Of a stretch of 64,000 nt of DNA, positions 50,924-60,114 are shown in pieces. The notes beneath the pieces are model-generated. The model was not told the DNA's origin, made no database searches, and was given only the letters and a program-made list of their open reading frames with translations. The number at the start of each line of letters is the position of its first letter. Position 1 is the stretch's first letter. The position numbers and the translations under genes were made by a program. Source of the stretch: Chitinophagales bacterium (GTDB taxonomy: Bacteria > Bacteroidota > Bacteroidia > Chitinophagales > JADIYW01). Where the stretch lies: NCBI GenBank assembly GCA_023957245.1, contig JAMLHJ010000015.1, forward strand, positions 4,542 through 68,541, given 5' to 3'.

Positions 50924-52615
50924 ATGCTTATGACCATAGCAGAACTAAAACAGCTTAAAGAAAGCGAAGATAAAGTAGAGTTTAAAGAGGCAAAAAATCA
51001 ATACGCCTACAACAGCAGCCGCAAGAGTGTGCTGGGCTACACCGTAGCATTTGCCAATGAAAAAGGTGGTTATTTGGTATTTGGGTTGGAAGATGCACAC
51101 CCACACACGGTTTGTGGCTCAAAAGCTTATGAAGGTAGAGAAGGTCAATTGGAGCAAGATGTTTACCGTGATACCGGAGTAAGAATACAAACAGAAGTTT
51201 TGTTTGAGGGAACGAATCGGGTGTTGGTTATAAAAATTCCATCTCGTCCCGTAGGTAAACCACTTTATTTTAATGATGTGCCATTGATGAGGGTTGGTGA
51301 TGGTTTGGATAGAATGTCGGAAGAAATGTATCTCTCCATCATCCAGGAACAAGAACCCGACTTCTCTGCCAAATTTTGCGAAGGCATCAGCATTGCTGAT
51401 TTGGATGAAATGGCCATCAAAAAAATGAAAGAGAGCTATGCCCGCAAACAAAAGAATCCGGGCTTTTTGCAACTTAGCACCGAGCAGGTTTTAACAGATT
51501 TAAAATTACAAGACAATGGTAAGCTCACCTATGCCGCCTTGGTTTTATTGGCTAAAAAAGAAGTAATTCATGCTAAACTACCCCAAAGCAAAACTATTTG
51601 GGAATTTCGCAACAGCGAAGCACAAATACACCACGATAGCCGTGAGGTAATTGATGAACCTTTATTTATTGCCATTGACAGCATTTGGAAACTCATCAAT
51701 CAACCGACACTCAATAAAAAATATCCGATACAGTCGGGAGCTTACATTTTCGATTTGTATGATTTTAACGAAGAGGTAATTCGTGAAGCCGTTCTCAATG
51801 CCATTGCTCACAGGGATTATACCATTACCAGCGAAGCGGTTATAAAACAATATCCCAACAAAATTATCATTACCAACCCGGGTGGTTTCCCTAAAGGCGT
51901 AACAATAGAAAATATTCTTACAGTGAGCAGCACACCCAGAAGCCGCTTAATGACAGAAATTTTGGAAAAGACCGGGTTGGTGGAACGCAGTGGTCAGGGT
52001 GTAGATAAGATATTCTCCATCACCCTATCCGAAGGCAAAGCCGAACCTGACTATAAAAATTCAGATATGTTTCAAGTTTCGCTAATTCTGAAGACTGAAA
52101 TTATTGACAAGGCATTTCACGTATTCATAAGCCAATACCAAAACAGCGAGAAAGAGCCAAAATTGGGTGTAGAGCAAATCATTACGCTTTGCAAAATACG
52201 GAACGGCATATTCCAAAACCTTAAAACCGAAATTGCAAGTCAGTTAGAAAAATCAGGTTTAATTGAAAAAATTTCTGGACATACCAACCGATATACATTG
52301 TCGCAAGAATACCATGCACTGGTAAATGACGGTTTAAAAATTGGTAAAAGGTATTTGGTAAAAGAGATAGAACTCATACTTCTGGCATTGCAAGGAAATG
52401 CTTTGAAGATTGGCGATTTAGAAGATTTATTGAAAGAATCCCTATCAAGAAATCAGATAAACTATTTAAAGATGAAATTGATGGAAGATGAAGTGCTGAA
52501 AGTAGAAGGAAAAATTAAAGGAGCCAGGTATTCTATTGCTGATAAGTATGCTGATTTGAGAGGTGATGTTTTACTAAGTGCAGTTATTGCAGAACTAAGA
52601 GGTAAATATGAATAA
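50924..52615 (+). CDS. AlbA_2/Schlafen-like domain + HATPase-like putative regulator
   Basis: ESEDKVEFKEA, AFANEKGG.LVFG, REAVLNAIAHRDY, NPGGFP, VERSGQGVDKI. Confidence 0.85.
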   Translation: MLMTIAELKQLKESEDKVEFKEAKNQYAYNSSRKSVLGYTVAFANEKGGYLVFGLEDAHPHTVCGSKAYEGREGQLEQDVYRDTGVRIQTEVLFEGTNRVLVIKIPSRPVGKPLYFNDVPLMRVGDGLDRMSEEMYLSIIQEQEPDFSAKFCEGISIADLDEMAIKKMKESYARKQKNPGFLQLSTEQVLTDLKLQDNGKLTYAALVLLAKKEVIHAKLPQSKTIWEFRNSEAQIHHDSREVIDEPLFIAIDSIWKLINQPTLNKKYPIQSGAYIFDLYDFNEEVIREAVLNAIAHRDYTITSEAVIKQYPNKIIITNPGGFPKGVTIENILTVSSTPRSRLMTEILEKTGLVERSGQGVDKIFSITLSEGKAEPDYKNSDMFQVSLILKTEIIDKAFHVFISQYQNSEKEPKLGVEQIITLCKIRNGIFQNLKTEIASQLEKSGLIEKISGHTNRYTLSQEYHALVNDGLKIGKRYLVKEIELILLALQGNALKIGDLEDLLKESLSRNQINYLKMKLMEDEVLKVEGKIKGARYSIADKYADLRGDVLLSAVIAELRGKYE

Positions 52616-52892
52616 GCAGCTAATTGTTTATATGCCGTTAATGATTCTCTGTATGCTAAAGATAAAAGAGCTAAAGAAGATGATGAAAGGGATGGTACTA
52701 TTCTTTGTATTGCAGCTACTAGAGATAGTGCTAGCAACATACAAATGTTTAAACGTGCTGTATATCAACACTTTAGAGTGTTATTTGCCTGAGCTTCAAT
52801 TCTCTGTATCGGGCTCCGGATTCTTTGTATTGGCTCCGGAACCGGGCAAATTCAATTCTCTGTATCGGGCATCCGGTTCTCTAAAAAAGTAG
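52608..52892 (+). other. Doubtful short ORF containing five ATTCTYTGTAT motifs
   Basis: Motif at 52644, 52700, 52799, 52820 and 52855; no recognisable protein. Confidence 0.35.
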
Positions 52893-52898
52893 AAAATA

Positions 52899-55800
52899 AT
52901 GGACACACCAAGTTTTAAAGAAGACCATATCAGCCAGATTCCGGCATTACAAATGTTGGTGAATTTGGGTTATACCTATTTAAGTCCGGCAGAATCCGAC
53001 AGGCAAAGAGGTGGCAAAACTACCAATGTATTGCTGGAAGACGTATTGCGGAAACAGTTGAAGGAAATCAATAGCATACGGGTAAGTGCTACCAAAACCA
53101 GCATTTTTACAGATGAGAATATTGAGCGGGGAATTTTGGCTTTGAAAAACCTACCCATGAATGAAGGCTACATTGCAGCCAGTGAAAAAGCATACAACCT
53201 GCTCACCTTGGGTCAGGCATTGGAGCAAAGTGTAGATGGCGACAAAAAGAGTTTCACCCTTCAATACATAGACTGGAAAAACATCAACAACAATGTATTT
53301 CACGTAACAGAAGAATACAGCGTAATGCGAAGCACCAGCAAAGAGCATTACCGCCCCGATTTGGTGTTGTTTGTAAATGGTATTCCACTTTGCATCATCG
53401 AGTGCAAGCGACCTGACATGAAGGAGCCGTTGAAACAGGCTATCAGTCAGCATTTGCGTAATCAGCAAGAAGATGGCATCCGTAGTTTGTATGTTTATTC
53501 GCAACTCACATTAAGCATCGCTACACAAGAAGCCGCTTATGCAACCAACGCCACACCCGAAAAGTTTTGGGCAAAGTGGAAAGAGAAATTCGGAAATGAT
53601 GAAGAAGAACGCAGCTACAAAAACAAATTACAGGAACTGAAAAACAAACCGCTTCCGATTTCTATAAAAGAACAATTGTTTTCTGACCGTTTCAAATATG
53701 TTCGGCAATATTTTGACGCTTTAGAACAGGAAGAAATTCTGCCAACCGAGCAGGACAATTATTTGTTTGGTTTGTGTCGCCCGGAGCGATTGATGGACAT
53801 TGTTTTCAATTACGTTTTGTTTGACAATGGAGAAAAGAAAGTAGCCCGCTACCAGCAGTTTTTTGCCATCAAAAAATCCATGCAACGCATCAAAAATGTA
53901 GAGAATGGAAAACGAAAAGGAGGCGTAATCTGGCATACACAAGGAAGCGGAAAATCGTTGACAATGGTGATGTTGGCACAAGCCATTGCCATGGAACCAA
54001 GTATTCGCAATCCCAAAATTGTTTTGGTAACAGATAGAACCGATTTAGATAATCAAATTACCAGCACGTTCAGAAAGTGTGGCAAGTTTGTAGAAAACGC
54101 TACTACTGGGCAACGCTTGGTAGAATTACTGGAAAGCAAAAGCGATGCAGTGGTTACCACCATCATCAACAAGTTTGTGGCAGCAGTAAAGAAAATCAAT
54201 CAACCCTTAGAAAGCCACGACATTTTTGTTCTGGTAGATGAAGGTCACCGAACACAACACGGAACTTTCAATGTGGACATGCAGAAAACATTGCCAAATG
54301 CCTGTTTCATTGCCATGACCGGTACACCCCTTTTCAAGAAAGACAAAAGCACAGCAGCAAAATTTGGTGGTGTTATTGATGCTTACACCGTTGACCAGGC
54401 AGTAAAAGACAAAGCAGTTGTTCCATTGTTGTATGAAGGTCGTTTGGCATTGCAAGATGTAAATGCCAGTCCGATCGATACATTCTTTGGAATGGTTTCA
54501 GAACCATTAACCGAATATCAAAAAGCAGACATCAAGAAAAAGTTTGCCCGATACGACCATTTGAATTCTGCCGAGCAAAAAATGAGAATGATTGCATGGG
54601 ACATCAGCTATCATTTCCGTGACAACTGGCAAGGCAAAACACCATTTAAAGGTCAGTTGGTTTGCGATAAAAAGGTGAATGCGATTAAATACAAAGAGTA
54701 TTTGGATGAAATAGGCATTGTAAGCAGCGAAGTTTTGATATCATCCATTGATGAACTAGAGGGTGAAGAAAGTGCTTATGAAAAGTCACTTGAAAAGGTG
54801 AATCAGTTTTGGAAAAAGATGATGGACGAACATGGCAATTCAAAAAGCTATGAAAAGAACATCATCAGCCGTTTTAAAAACCAAAAAGACCCGGAAATAA
54901 TTATTGTAGTTGACAAATTGCTTACAGGCTTTGACGAACCCAAAAACACAGTTCTATACCTCACAAGAAATTTACAAAGTCACAAACTCTTACAAGCCAT
55001 TGCAAGGGTAAACCGAATTTATCCTGATAAGGAGTTCGGGTACATCATTGACTATTATGGTGTGATTGAAAATTTGGATGATGCTTTGCAGATGTATTCT
55101 TCATTTGAAGATTTTGATGAAGAAGATTTGGCAGGAACACTTACCAATATTTCGGAAGAAATTAAAAAACTACCGCAAAAGCACTCAGACCTTTGGGATA
55201 TTTTCAAAACCATAGCCAACAAACGAGATGCAGAAGCCTATCAGCAATTATTGAAAGATGAAGCAATAAGAGTTTTGTTTTACGATAAACTGGCTGCATT
55301 TGCTAAGGGATTAAAACTGGCACTATCCTCAATTCAATTTCATAAGGAAGTAGAAGAAAAAGTAATTAATCGTTACAAAGAAGATTTGACGATGTTTTTA
55401 AAATTGCGTTTGGCTGTTGTTGAACGCTACAGCGATGAGATTGACTACAAACAATACGAAGGGCAAATTCAAAAACTAATTGACACACACATTACCACAG
55501 AGAAAATTGAAACCATCACAGAATTGGTAAACATTTTCGACAAGGACAAATTTCAGCAAGAAGTAGAAAATACAACGGGAAAAGCAGCAAAAGCGGACAA
55601 GATTGCCAGCAGAACAGCCAAGCATATTACCGAGAAAATGGATGAAGACCCTGCTTTTTACAAGAAGTTTTCGCAAATGCTTAGAGAGACGATTGCTGAC
55701 TATGAAGCAAAACGAATCAGTGAAGCACAATACTTGAGCAGAGTTCAAGACATCATGAACAATGTACTAGCTCATACCGTCAATGACATTCCTGAGCAAT

Positions 55801-56126
55801 TGAAAGACAGAGATGTTGCCAAAGCTTTTTATGGTTTGACAGTGGAGGCATTATCTGAAAAAATTCAAGACAATATTATTCGTAAAGAAGTCGCAACACA
55901 TACGGCTTTGCAAATTGACGACCTGATTCAAGATTCTGTTTTAGACAACGGCAAAGCCATTATTGACTGGCAATACAAAACAAACATCACCGGAAAGTTA
56001 CTGATTGAAATTGGCGACTATCTGATTGATGAAGTTCGGGACAAATACAATGTGGACTTGTCATTTAAAGACATGGACAAGATTGCCGAAGATTGTATTG
56101 AAGTAGCTAAAATCCGTTACAAGTGA
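52899..56126 (+). CDS. hsdR: Type I R-M restriction subunit
   Basis: RPDLVLFVNGIPL.IIECK, WHTQGSGKS, DEGHR, TGTP, LLTGFD, QAIARVNR. Confidence 0.96.
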   Translation: MDTPSFKEDHISQIPALQMLVNLGYTYLSPAESDRQRGGKTTNVLLEDVLRKQLKEINSIRVSATKTSIFTDENIERGILALKNLPMNEGYIAASEKAYNLLTLGQALEQSVDGDKKSFTLQYIDWKNINNNVFHVTEEYSVMRSTSKEHYRPDLVLFVNGIPLCIIECKRPDMKEPLKQAISQHLRNQQEDGIRSLYVYSQLTLSIATQEAAYATNATPEKFWAKWKEKFGNDEEERSYKNKLQELKNKPLPISIKEQLFSDRFKYVRQYFDALEQEEILPTEQDNYLFGLCRPERLMDIVFNYVLFDNGEKKVARYQQFFAIKKSMQRIKNVENGKRKGGVIWHTQGSGKSLTMVMLAQAIAMEPSIRNPKIVLVTDRTDLDNQITSTFRKCGKFVENATTGQRLVELLESKSDAVVTTIINKFVAAVKKINQPLESHDIFVLVDEGHRTQHGTFNVDMQKTLPNACFIAMTGTPLFKKDKSTAAKFGGVIDAYTVDQAVKDKAVVPLLYEGRLALQDVNASPIDTFFGMVSEPLTEYQKADIKKKFARYDHLNSAEQKMRMIAWDISYHFRDNWQGKTPFKGQLVCDKKVNAIKYKEYLDEIGIVSSEVLISSIDELEGEESAYEKSLEKVNQFWKKMMDEHGNSKSYEKNIISRFKNQKDPEIIIVVDKLLTGFDEPKNTVLYLTRNLQSHKLLQAIARVNRIYPDKEFGYIIDYYGVIENLDDALQMYSSFEDFDEEDLAGTLTNISEEIKKLPQKHSDLWDIFKTIANKRDAEAYQQLLKDEAIRVLFYDKLAAFAKGLKLALSSIQFHKEVEEKVINRYKEDLTMFLKLRLAVVERYSDEIDYKQYEGQIQKLIDTHITTEKIETITELVNIFDKDKFQQEVENTTGKAAKADKIASRTAKHITEKMDEDPAFYKKFSQMLRETIADYEAKRISEAQYLSRVQDIMNNVLAHTVNDIPEQLKDRDVAKAFYGLTVEALSEKIQDNIIRKEVATHTALQIDDLIQDSVLDNGKAIIDWQYKTNITGKLLIEIGDYLIDEVRDKYNVDLSFKDMDKIAEDCIEVAKIRYK

Positions 56127-56821
56127 TGACAGCAGCTATACAATTTGGAAGCAGAACAATAGATTTTCGTTTGGAGTATTCAGACAGAAAATCGCTTGGC
56201 ATTACAGTAACACCCGAAATGGAAGTTTTGGTAAAAGCACCGACAGACACGACCATAGAAAAAGTGAAAGAGAAAATTAGAAAAAAAGCAACTTGGATTA
56301 TTAAACAGCAAAGCTTCTTTCTGTCCTTTCAACCAAAGACACCAAAACGAAAATACATAAGCGGGGAAACACATTTGTATTTAGGCAGACAGTACCGTTT
56401 ACTAATAGTAATAGGTAAAGAAGAATCCGTAAAATTAAAAGGCAAATTCATTGAAGTAACAGCCCATAATAAATCAAGAGCAAAGGACTTATTAGATAAT
56501 TGGTATTTGCAACATGCACGGACAAAGTTTCATGCAATTGCAGCACCCCTAATTGACAAATTCAAAAAGCATAAAGTTGAACCAAGTTCTATTGTGTTGC
56601 GTGACATGCCGACACGTTGGGGAAGTTGCACACCAAAAGGAAAAATCATTTTAAATCCGGAATTAATAAAAGCACCAAAAGGATGCATTGAATATGTGAT
56701 TATACATGAACTTTGCCATTTAATACATCACGACCACACTCAGAAATTTATAGATTTACAGACTAAGGAAATGAAAGACTGGGAAAAGTGGAAAATGAAA
56801 TTGGAGAAATTATTAGCATGA
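56123..56821 (+). CDS. M48/YgjP(DUF45)-family metal-dependent hydrolase
   Basis: RWGSC, YVIIHELCHL...H; commonly follows hsdR. Confidence 0.88.
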   Translation: MMTAAIQFGSRTIDFRLEYSDRKSLGITVTPEMEVLVKAPTDTTIEKVKEKIRKKATWIIKQQSFFLSFQPKTPKRKYISGETHLYLGRQYRLLIVIGKEESVKLKGKFIEVTAHNKSRAKDLLDNWYLQHARTKFHAIAAPLIDKFKKHKVEPSSIVLRDMPTRWGSCTPKGKIILNPELIKAPKGCIEYVIIHELCHLIHHDHTQKFIDLQTKEMKDWEKWKMKLEKLLA

Positions 56822-56834
56822 GAAGCCTACACAC

Positions 56835-56903
56835 AAAAGCACACACATTTGCAAGCCGCACAAGCCCAAGCACAGACCAAAGCTTGCAAAAGAGTGTGCT
56901 TTT
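56835..56903. repeat. Hairpin with ACATTTG/CAAAAGAG core, right of the R-M/CBASS operon
   Basis: AAAAGCACAC-ACATTTG-CAAGC...GCTTG-CAAAAGA-GTGTGCTTTT. Confidence 0.6.
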
Positions 56904-57045
56904 CACCAACCCAAAAAGAAATTCATTTTTTTCTTCCCACCCTTCGGTGTTTTATTTTTTCGCCACCCACAACCGACACAAAAACAGTTGGACGGAGACA
57001 GCGAAAACCTTTACTGAGCAAGGCTTGACAATGACGGAAGACAGA

Positions 57046-57196
57046 AGGCCAGCTTGTAACATGGGTTTGGCGTCATGCGGGGTGAAGTGCTTAAATTCAA
57101 GTGTAGTTTTTCAAATCAACTTTAGTGCAAGGTTGACAATTTTTTGCCCTGAAATCCCGCACGAACGCCAAGCCCAAAAACGTTGTGCCTCATGCT
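57046..57196 (+). mobile_element. attC-like site 1
   Basis: Left GCTTGTAAC; inner arms GGGTTTGGCGT.ATGCGGG / CCCGCA..AACGCCAAGCCC; right GTTGTGCCT at 57182. Confidence 0.8.
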
Positions 57197-57232
57197 AAAA
57201 AACAACCAGACACCTAATAGAAATTGAAAGAA

Positions 57233-58468
57233 ATGGAAAAAATATGTTTTGTGATTATGGGTTATGGTAAAAAGACCGACCCGACACTAGGGAAAACCTA
57301 CGACCTTGACGCAACATATCATCGTATAATTAAGCCTGCGGTTGTAAAGGCAGGCTATACTTGCATAAGAGGTGATGAAATTCTAGAATCGGGAATTATT
57401 GACAAAAGCATGTATGCTCTGCTTATTAGAGCAGATTTAGTTATTGCAGACATAACTACATTTAACCCAAATGCAATTTACGAACTTGGCATTCGACACG
57501 CTGCAAGACCCTACTCTACAATTGTAATGAAAGAAAAAGATGGCAATATACCATTTGACATAAATCATAATAAAACGTTTACATACGCTCATATGGGGGA
57601 AGACATAGGGGCATCAGAAGCTGAAAGATGTGTAACACACTTAAGCAGTTTAATTCTCGAAATAGATAAAGCTAAAGAAACAGACAGCCCGCTTTTTCAC
57701 CATATTAGAGGTGTTGAACCATATACATTACCCGAAGATGAGTATGTTCAAATTATAAAAGATTTAGCATCTAAAGAGAAAAGCATTTTCGCCCTTGTTG
57801 AGAAAGCCAAGATAGAAATGAAAAATGGAAACTTTGCAGAGGCGTCTAAAATGTGGAGAAAGCTAACAGAGAAAGTCGAAAGTGATACTTATTTTATCCA
57901 ACAATGGGCTCTATGTACATATAAAGACAAAACTGTCAATCCAAAAGTGGCATTGAATGATGCACTTACTATCATAAGTAGATTAGAACCCGAGAACCGA
58001 AACACTACAGACCCTGAAACTTTGGGTATAACAGGAGCTATTTATAAGCGACTTTGGCAAAATGACATAGAAGTAATTGAATATCTTGATAGAGCAATCG
58101 AATATTATAAAAGAGGATTCTCAATAAATCAAGATTATTATACAGGAGAAAACTATGCACTTTGCCTAGACTTCAAATCAGAAATTACATCTGATTCAGA
58201 TGAAAAAATATATTTAAAAGTAGAGGCTAAAAAGACCAGAAAAGAAATCATAAACATTATTGAAAAACTCAGTGATGACGAGGATTTTGAGATAAGAAGT
58301 GATTTAAAATGGATTTTTGCAACATTAGCGAATTGTCATCTTGCCCTAGACAATGTTGACCTGTTTGAGAAGTATAAATCCTTATTTGAAAACTGTCACC
58401 CTGAGGCATGGGAAATGGAAACTTTTCAAGATTCCGTGAAACACATTAATCAATTAAATTCAAAATAA
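57233..58468 (+). CDS. Deoxyribosyltransferase-like N-terminal domain + TPR protein (DUF4071/ASK1 N-terminus-like)
   Basis: CFVIMGYG, RGDE, ADLVIADITTFNPNAIYELGIRHA, IPFDI; TPR region with DPETLGITGAIYKR and YYTGENYA. Confidence 0.75.
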   Translation: MEKICFVIMGYGKKTDPTLGKTYDLDATYHRIIKPAVVKAGYTCIRGDEILESGIIDKSMYALLIRADLVIADITTFNPNAIYELGIRHAARPYSTIVMKEKDGNIPFDINHNKTFTYAHMGEDIGASEAERCVTHLSSLILEIDKAKETDSPLFHHIRGVEPYTLPEDEYVQIIKDLASKEKSIFALVEKAKIEMKNGNFAEASKMWRKLTEKVESDTYFIQQWALCTYKDKTVNPKVALNDALTIISRLEPENRNTTDPETLGITGAIYKRLWQNDIEVIEYLDRAIEYYKRGFSINQDYYTGENYALCLDFKSEITSDSDEKIYLKVEAKKTRKEIINIIEKLSDDEDFEIRSDLKWIFATLANCHLALDNVDLFEKYKSLFENCHPEAWEMETFQDSVKHINQLNSK

Positions 58469-58469
58469 A

Positions 58470-58874
58470 ATGGCAAAAGAGTTTAAAATTTTCATTAGCC
58501 ATTCATGGGCACATAGTGATGACCTTGAAGCTTTACAAAACTTACTTAACGCACGCGGCTACTTTAATGTAGAATTTCTAGAAGCGTCAAAGAAAGTTCC
58601 AATCAACTCTGAGAATGCAACTTATGTGAAATCAGTACTTAGAGATAGAATTCGAAATTCCAATATCATTTTGGCACTAGCAGGCATTTACGCATCACAT
58701 AGCGAATGGATGATTTGGGAACTTGAAACTGCACAATCTTATGGAATCCCGATTGTAGGAGTAATTCCCAGAGGACAAGAAAGAATTTCGACAGAAGTTT
58801 ATTCAAGGTCTAAAATTGATGTCCGTTGGAATACTGAAAGCATTGTACAAGCAATTAGAACATATGCTATATAA
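58470..58874 (+). CDS. TIR-domain protein (ThsB/DUF1863-like)
   Basis: IFISHSW, SEWMIWELETA (catalytic Glu), PIVGVIP.G, VRWNTESIV.AI. Confidence 0.85.
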   Translation: MAKEFKIFISHSWAHSDDLEALQNLLNARGYFNVEFLEASKKVPINSENATYVKSVLRDRIRNSNIILALAGIYASHSEWMIWELETAQSYGIPIVGVIPRGQERISTEVYSRSKIDVRWNTESIVQAIRTYAI

Positions 58875-59025
58875 AGCACGAAGGCACAACATCACCTATA
58901 CGCAAGCAGGGGTTTCGTGCTTCGTAGGACAGGAAAGTGCTAAATTTGAAGTTCAGTTCTTCGTAGGTAGTTCAGTGGTTAAAATCCCTGCCTGCGTATA
59001 GCTGAGAACCGTTATGGGCAAGTTT
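58875..59025 (+). mobile_element. attC-like site 2
   Basis: Left AGGCACAAC; inner arms CTATACGCAAGCAGGG / CCCTGCCTGCGTATAG; right GTTATGGGC at 59011; begins immediately after the TIR stop codon. Confidence 0.85.
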
Positions 59026-59183
59026 ATGAAACATAGCGGTCAGACAAGAGAACCACCAAAGACAAGTATTCTCGACAGTTCTTAACGGACTTCGACATAT
59101 TATTATCGTGGAGACCAGCGACCACAAAAAAACGGGGCGGACACCGAAAAGCCAAACGAGTAGGAAACAAAATTTTATATATA

Positions 59184-59495
59184 ATGAAACTTCTAATTAA
59201 CCAAATAATCCTGCTGATTTTAGTTTTTATTTTCAATTCATGCTCAAAATCAAATAATATAGTTGGGTGCTGGAAAGACCAACATTCCCAAACGATTATT
59301 ATGAAAGATGATGGGACTCTAACTAGGGCTTCTCATGAAGGAACTTGGAAATTAATAGATAATGACAGATTAAATTTTATGTGGTCAGATGGTAGTACCG
59401 ACACTCATACAATAGTAAAAATAAATAATAATTTAATGGTAATTAAATATAACGGTTTTCTTGAATTTACTTGGTACAAAGAAGATTGCAATTAA
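59184..59495 (+). CDS. Small lipoprotein, unknown function
   Basis: Lipobox FNSC, IVGCW, GTWKL pattern. Confidence 0.7.
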   Translation: MKLLINQIILLILVFIFNSCSKSNNIVGCWKDQHSQTIIMKDDGTLTRASHEGTWKLIDNDRLNFMWSDGSTDTHTIVKINNNLMVIKYNGFLEFTWYKEDCN

Positions 59496-59518
59496 AAACA
59501 TTAACCTAATAAATTTAT

Positions 59519-60097
59519 ATGACTGACGAAGAAACAAAATTGGATAGTGCATACAAAGTAACGATTGCCGCAAGAAATTTTCATTTAGACCACTTTAACA
59601 AATGGATGACATATTATTATGTTGCGGTAGCGGCCATTTTTGTTGGATTTTATAATATCAAGGACGAAAATTTTACGATGAAAATTGGTCTGCTTGCATT
59701 AGGTTTATTCGTAAGCGTTCTTTGGCATTTATCGTGTAAGGGCTATTATTTTTGGGTGAAAAATTGGACTTATCAAGTGTTACGTTTAGAAAAGGAAATA
59801 GACGACAAAATCAAAGTTTATTCTGTATTTTCAAAATCAGTTAAAGAAAAGGACGACAAAATTTTTATACCAACACAATCAGCAAATATTTCTACTTCTA
59901 AAGTTACTTTATTTCTATCTTTTATTATTTCCCTTACCTGGACATACTTGCTAATAGACAAATTGACAAGTTGTTTTTGCATTTGTGGTTTCAACATAAT
60001 ACTCAATTTAGTTTTATCATTAGTATCTACATTTGCGTTGACACTTTTATTAGGAGTATTTTTCAAGACGGACATTAAAAACCATCTACTAAACTGA
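59519..60097 (+). CDS. Four-TM membrane protein, possible defence effector
   Basis: ARNFHLDHFNKWMTYY, WHLSCKGYYFWVKNW, STSK; four hydrophobic segments. Confidence 0.65.
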   Translation: MTDEETKLDSAYKVTIAARNFHLDHFNKWMTYYYVAVAAIFVGFYNIKDENFTMKIGLLALGLFVSVLWHLSCKGYYFWVKNWTYQVLRLEKEIDDKIKVYSVFSKSVKEKDDKIFIPTQSANISTSKVTLFLSFIISLTWTYLLIDKLTSCFCICGFNIILNLVLSLVSTFALTLLLGVFFKTDIKNHLLN

Positions 60098-60114
60098 CAA
60101 TGAAGAACGAAAGA

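Noticed and set aside
56788-57198. 136-aa ORF, and the similar ORFs at 58816-59001 and 60089-60280
   Set aside because: They run through the hairpin and attC-like sites and are probably incidental.
57233-58874. Canonical Thoeris (ThsA-ThsB) call
   Set aside because: The TIR partner lacks SIR2, Macro or TM domains, so it is reported only as Thoeris-like.
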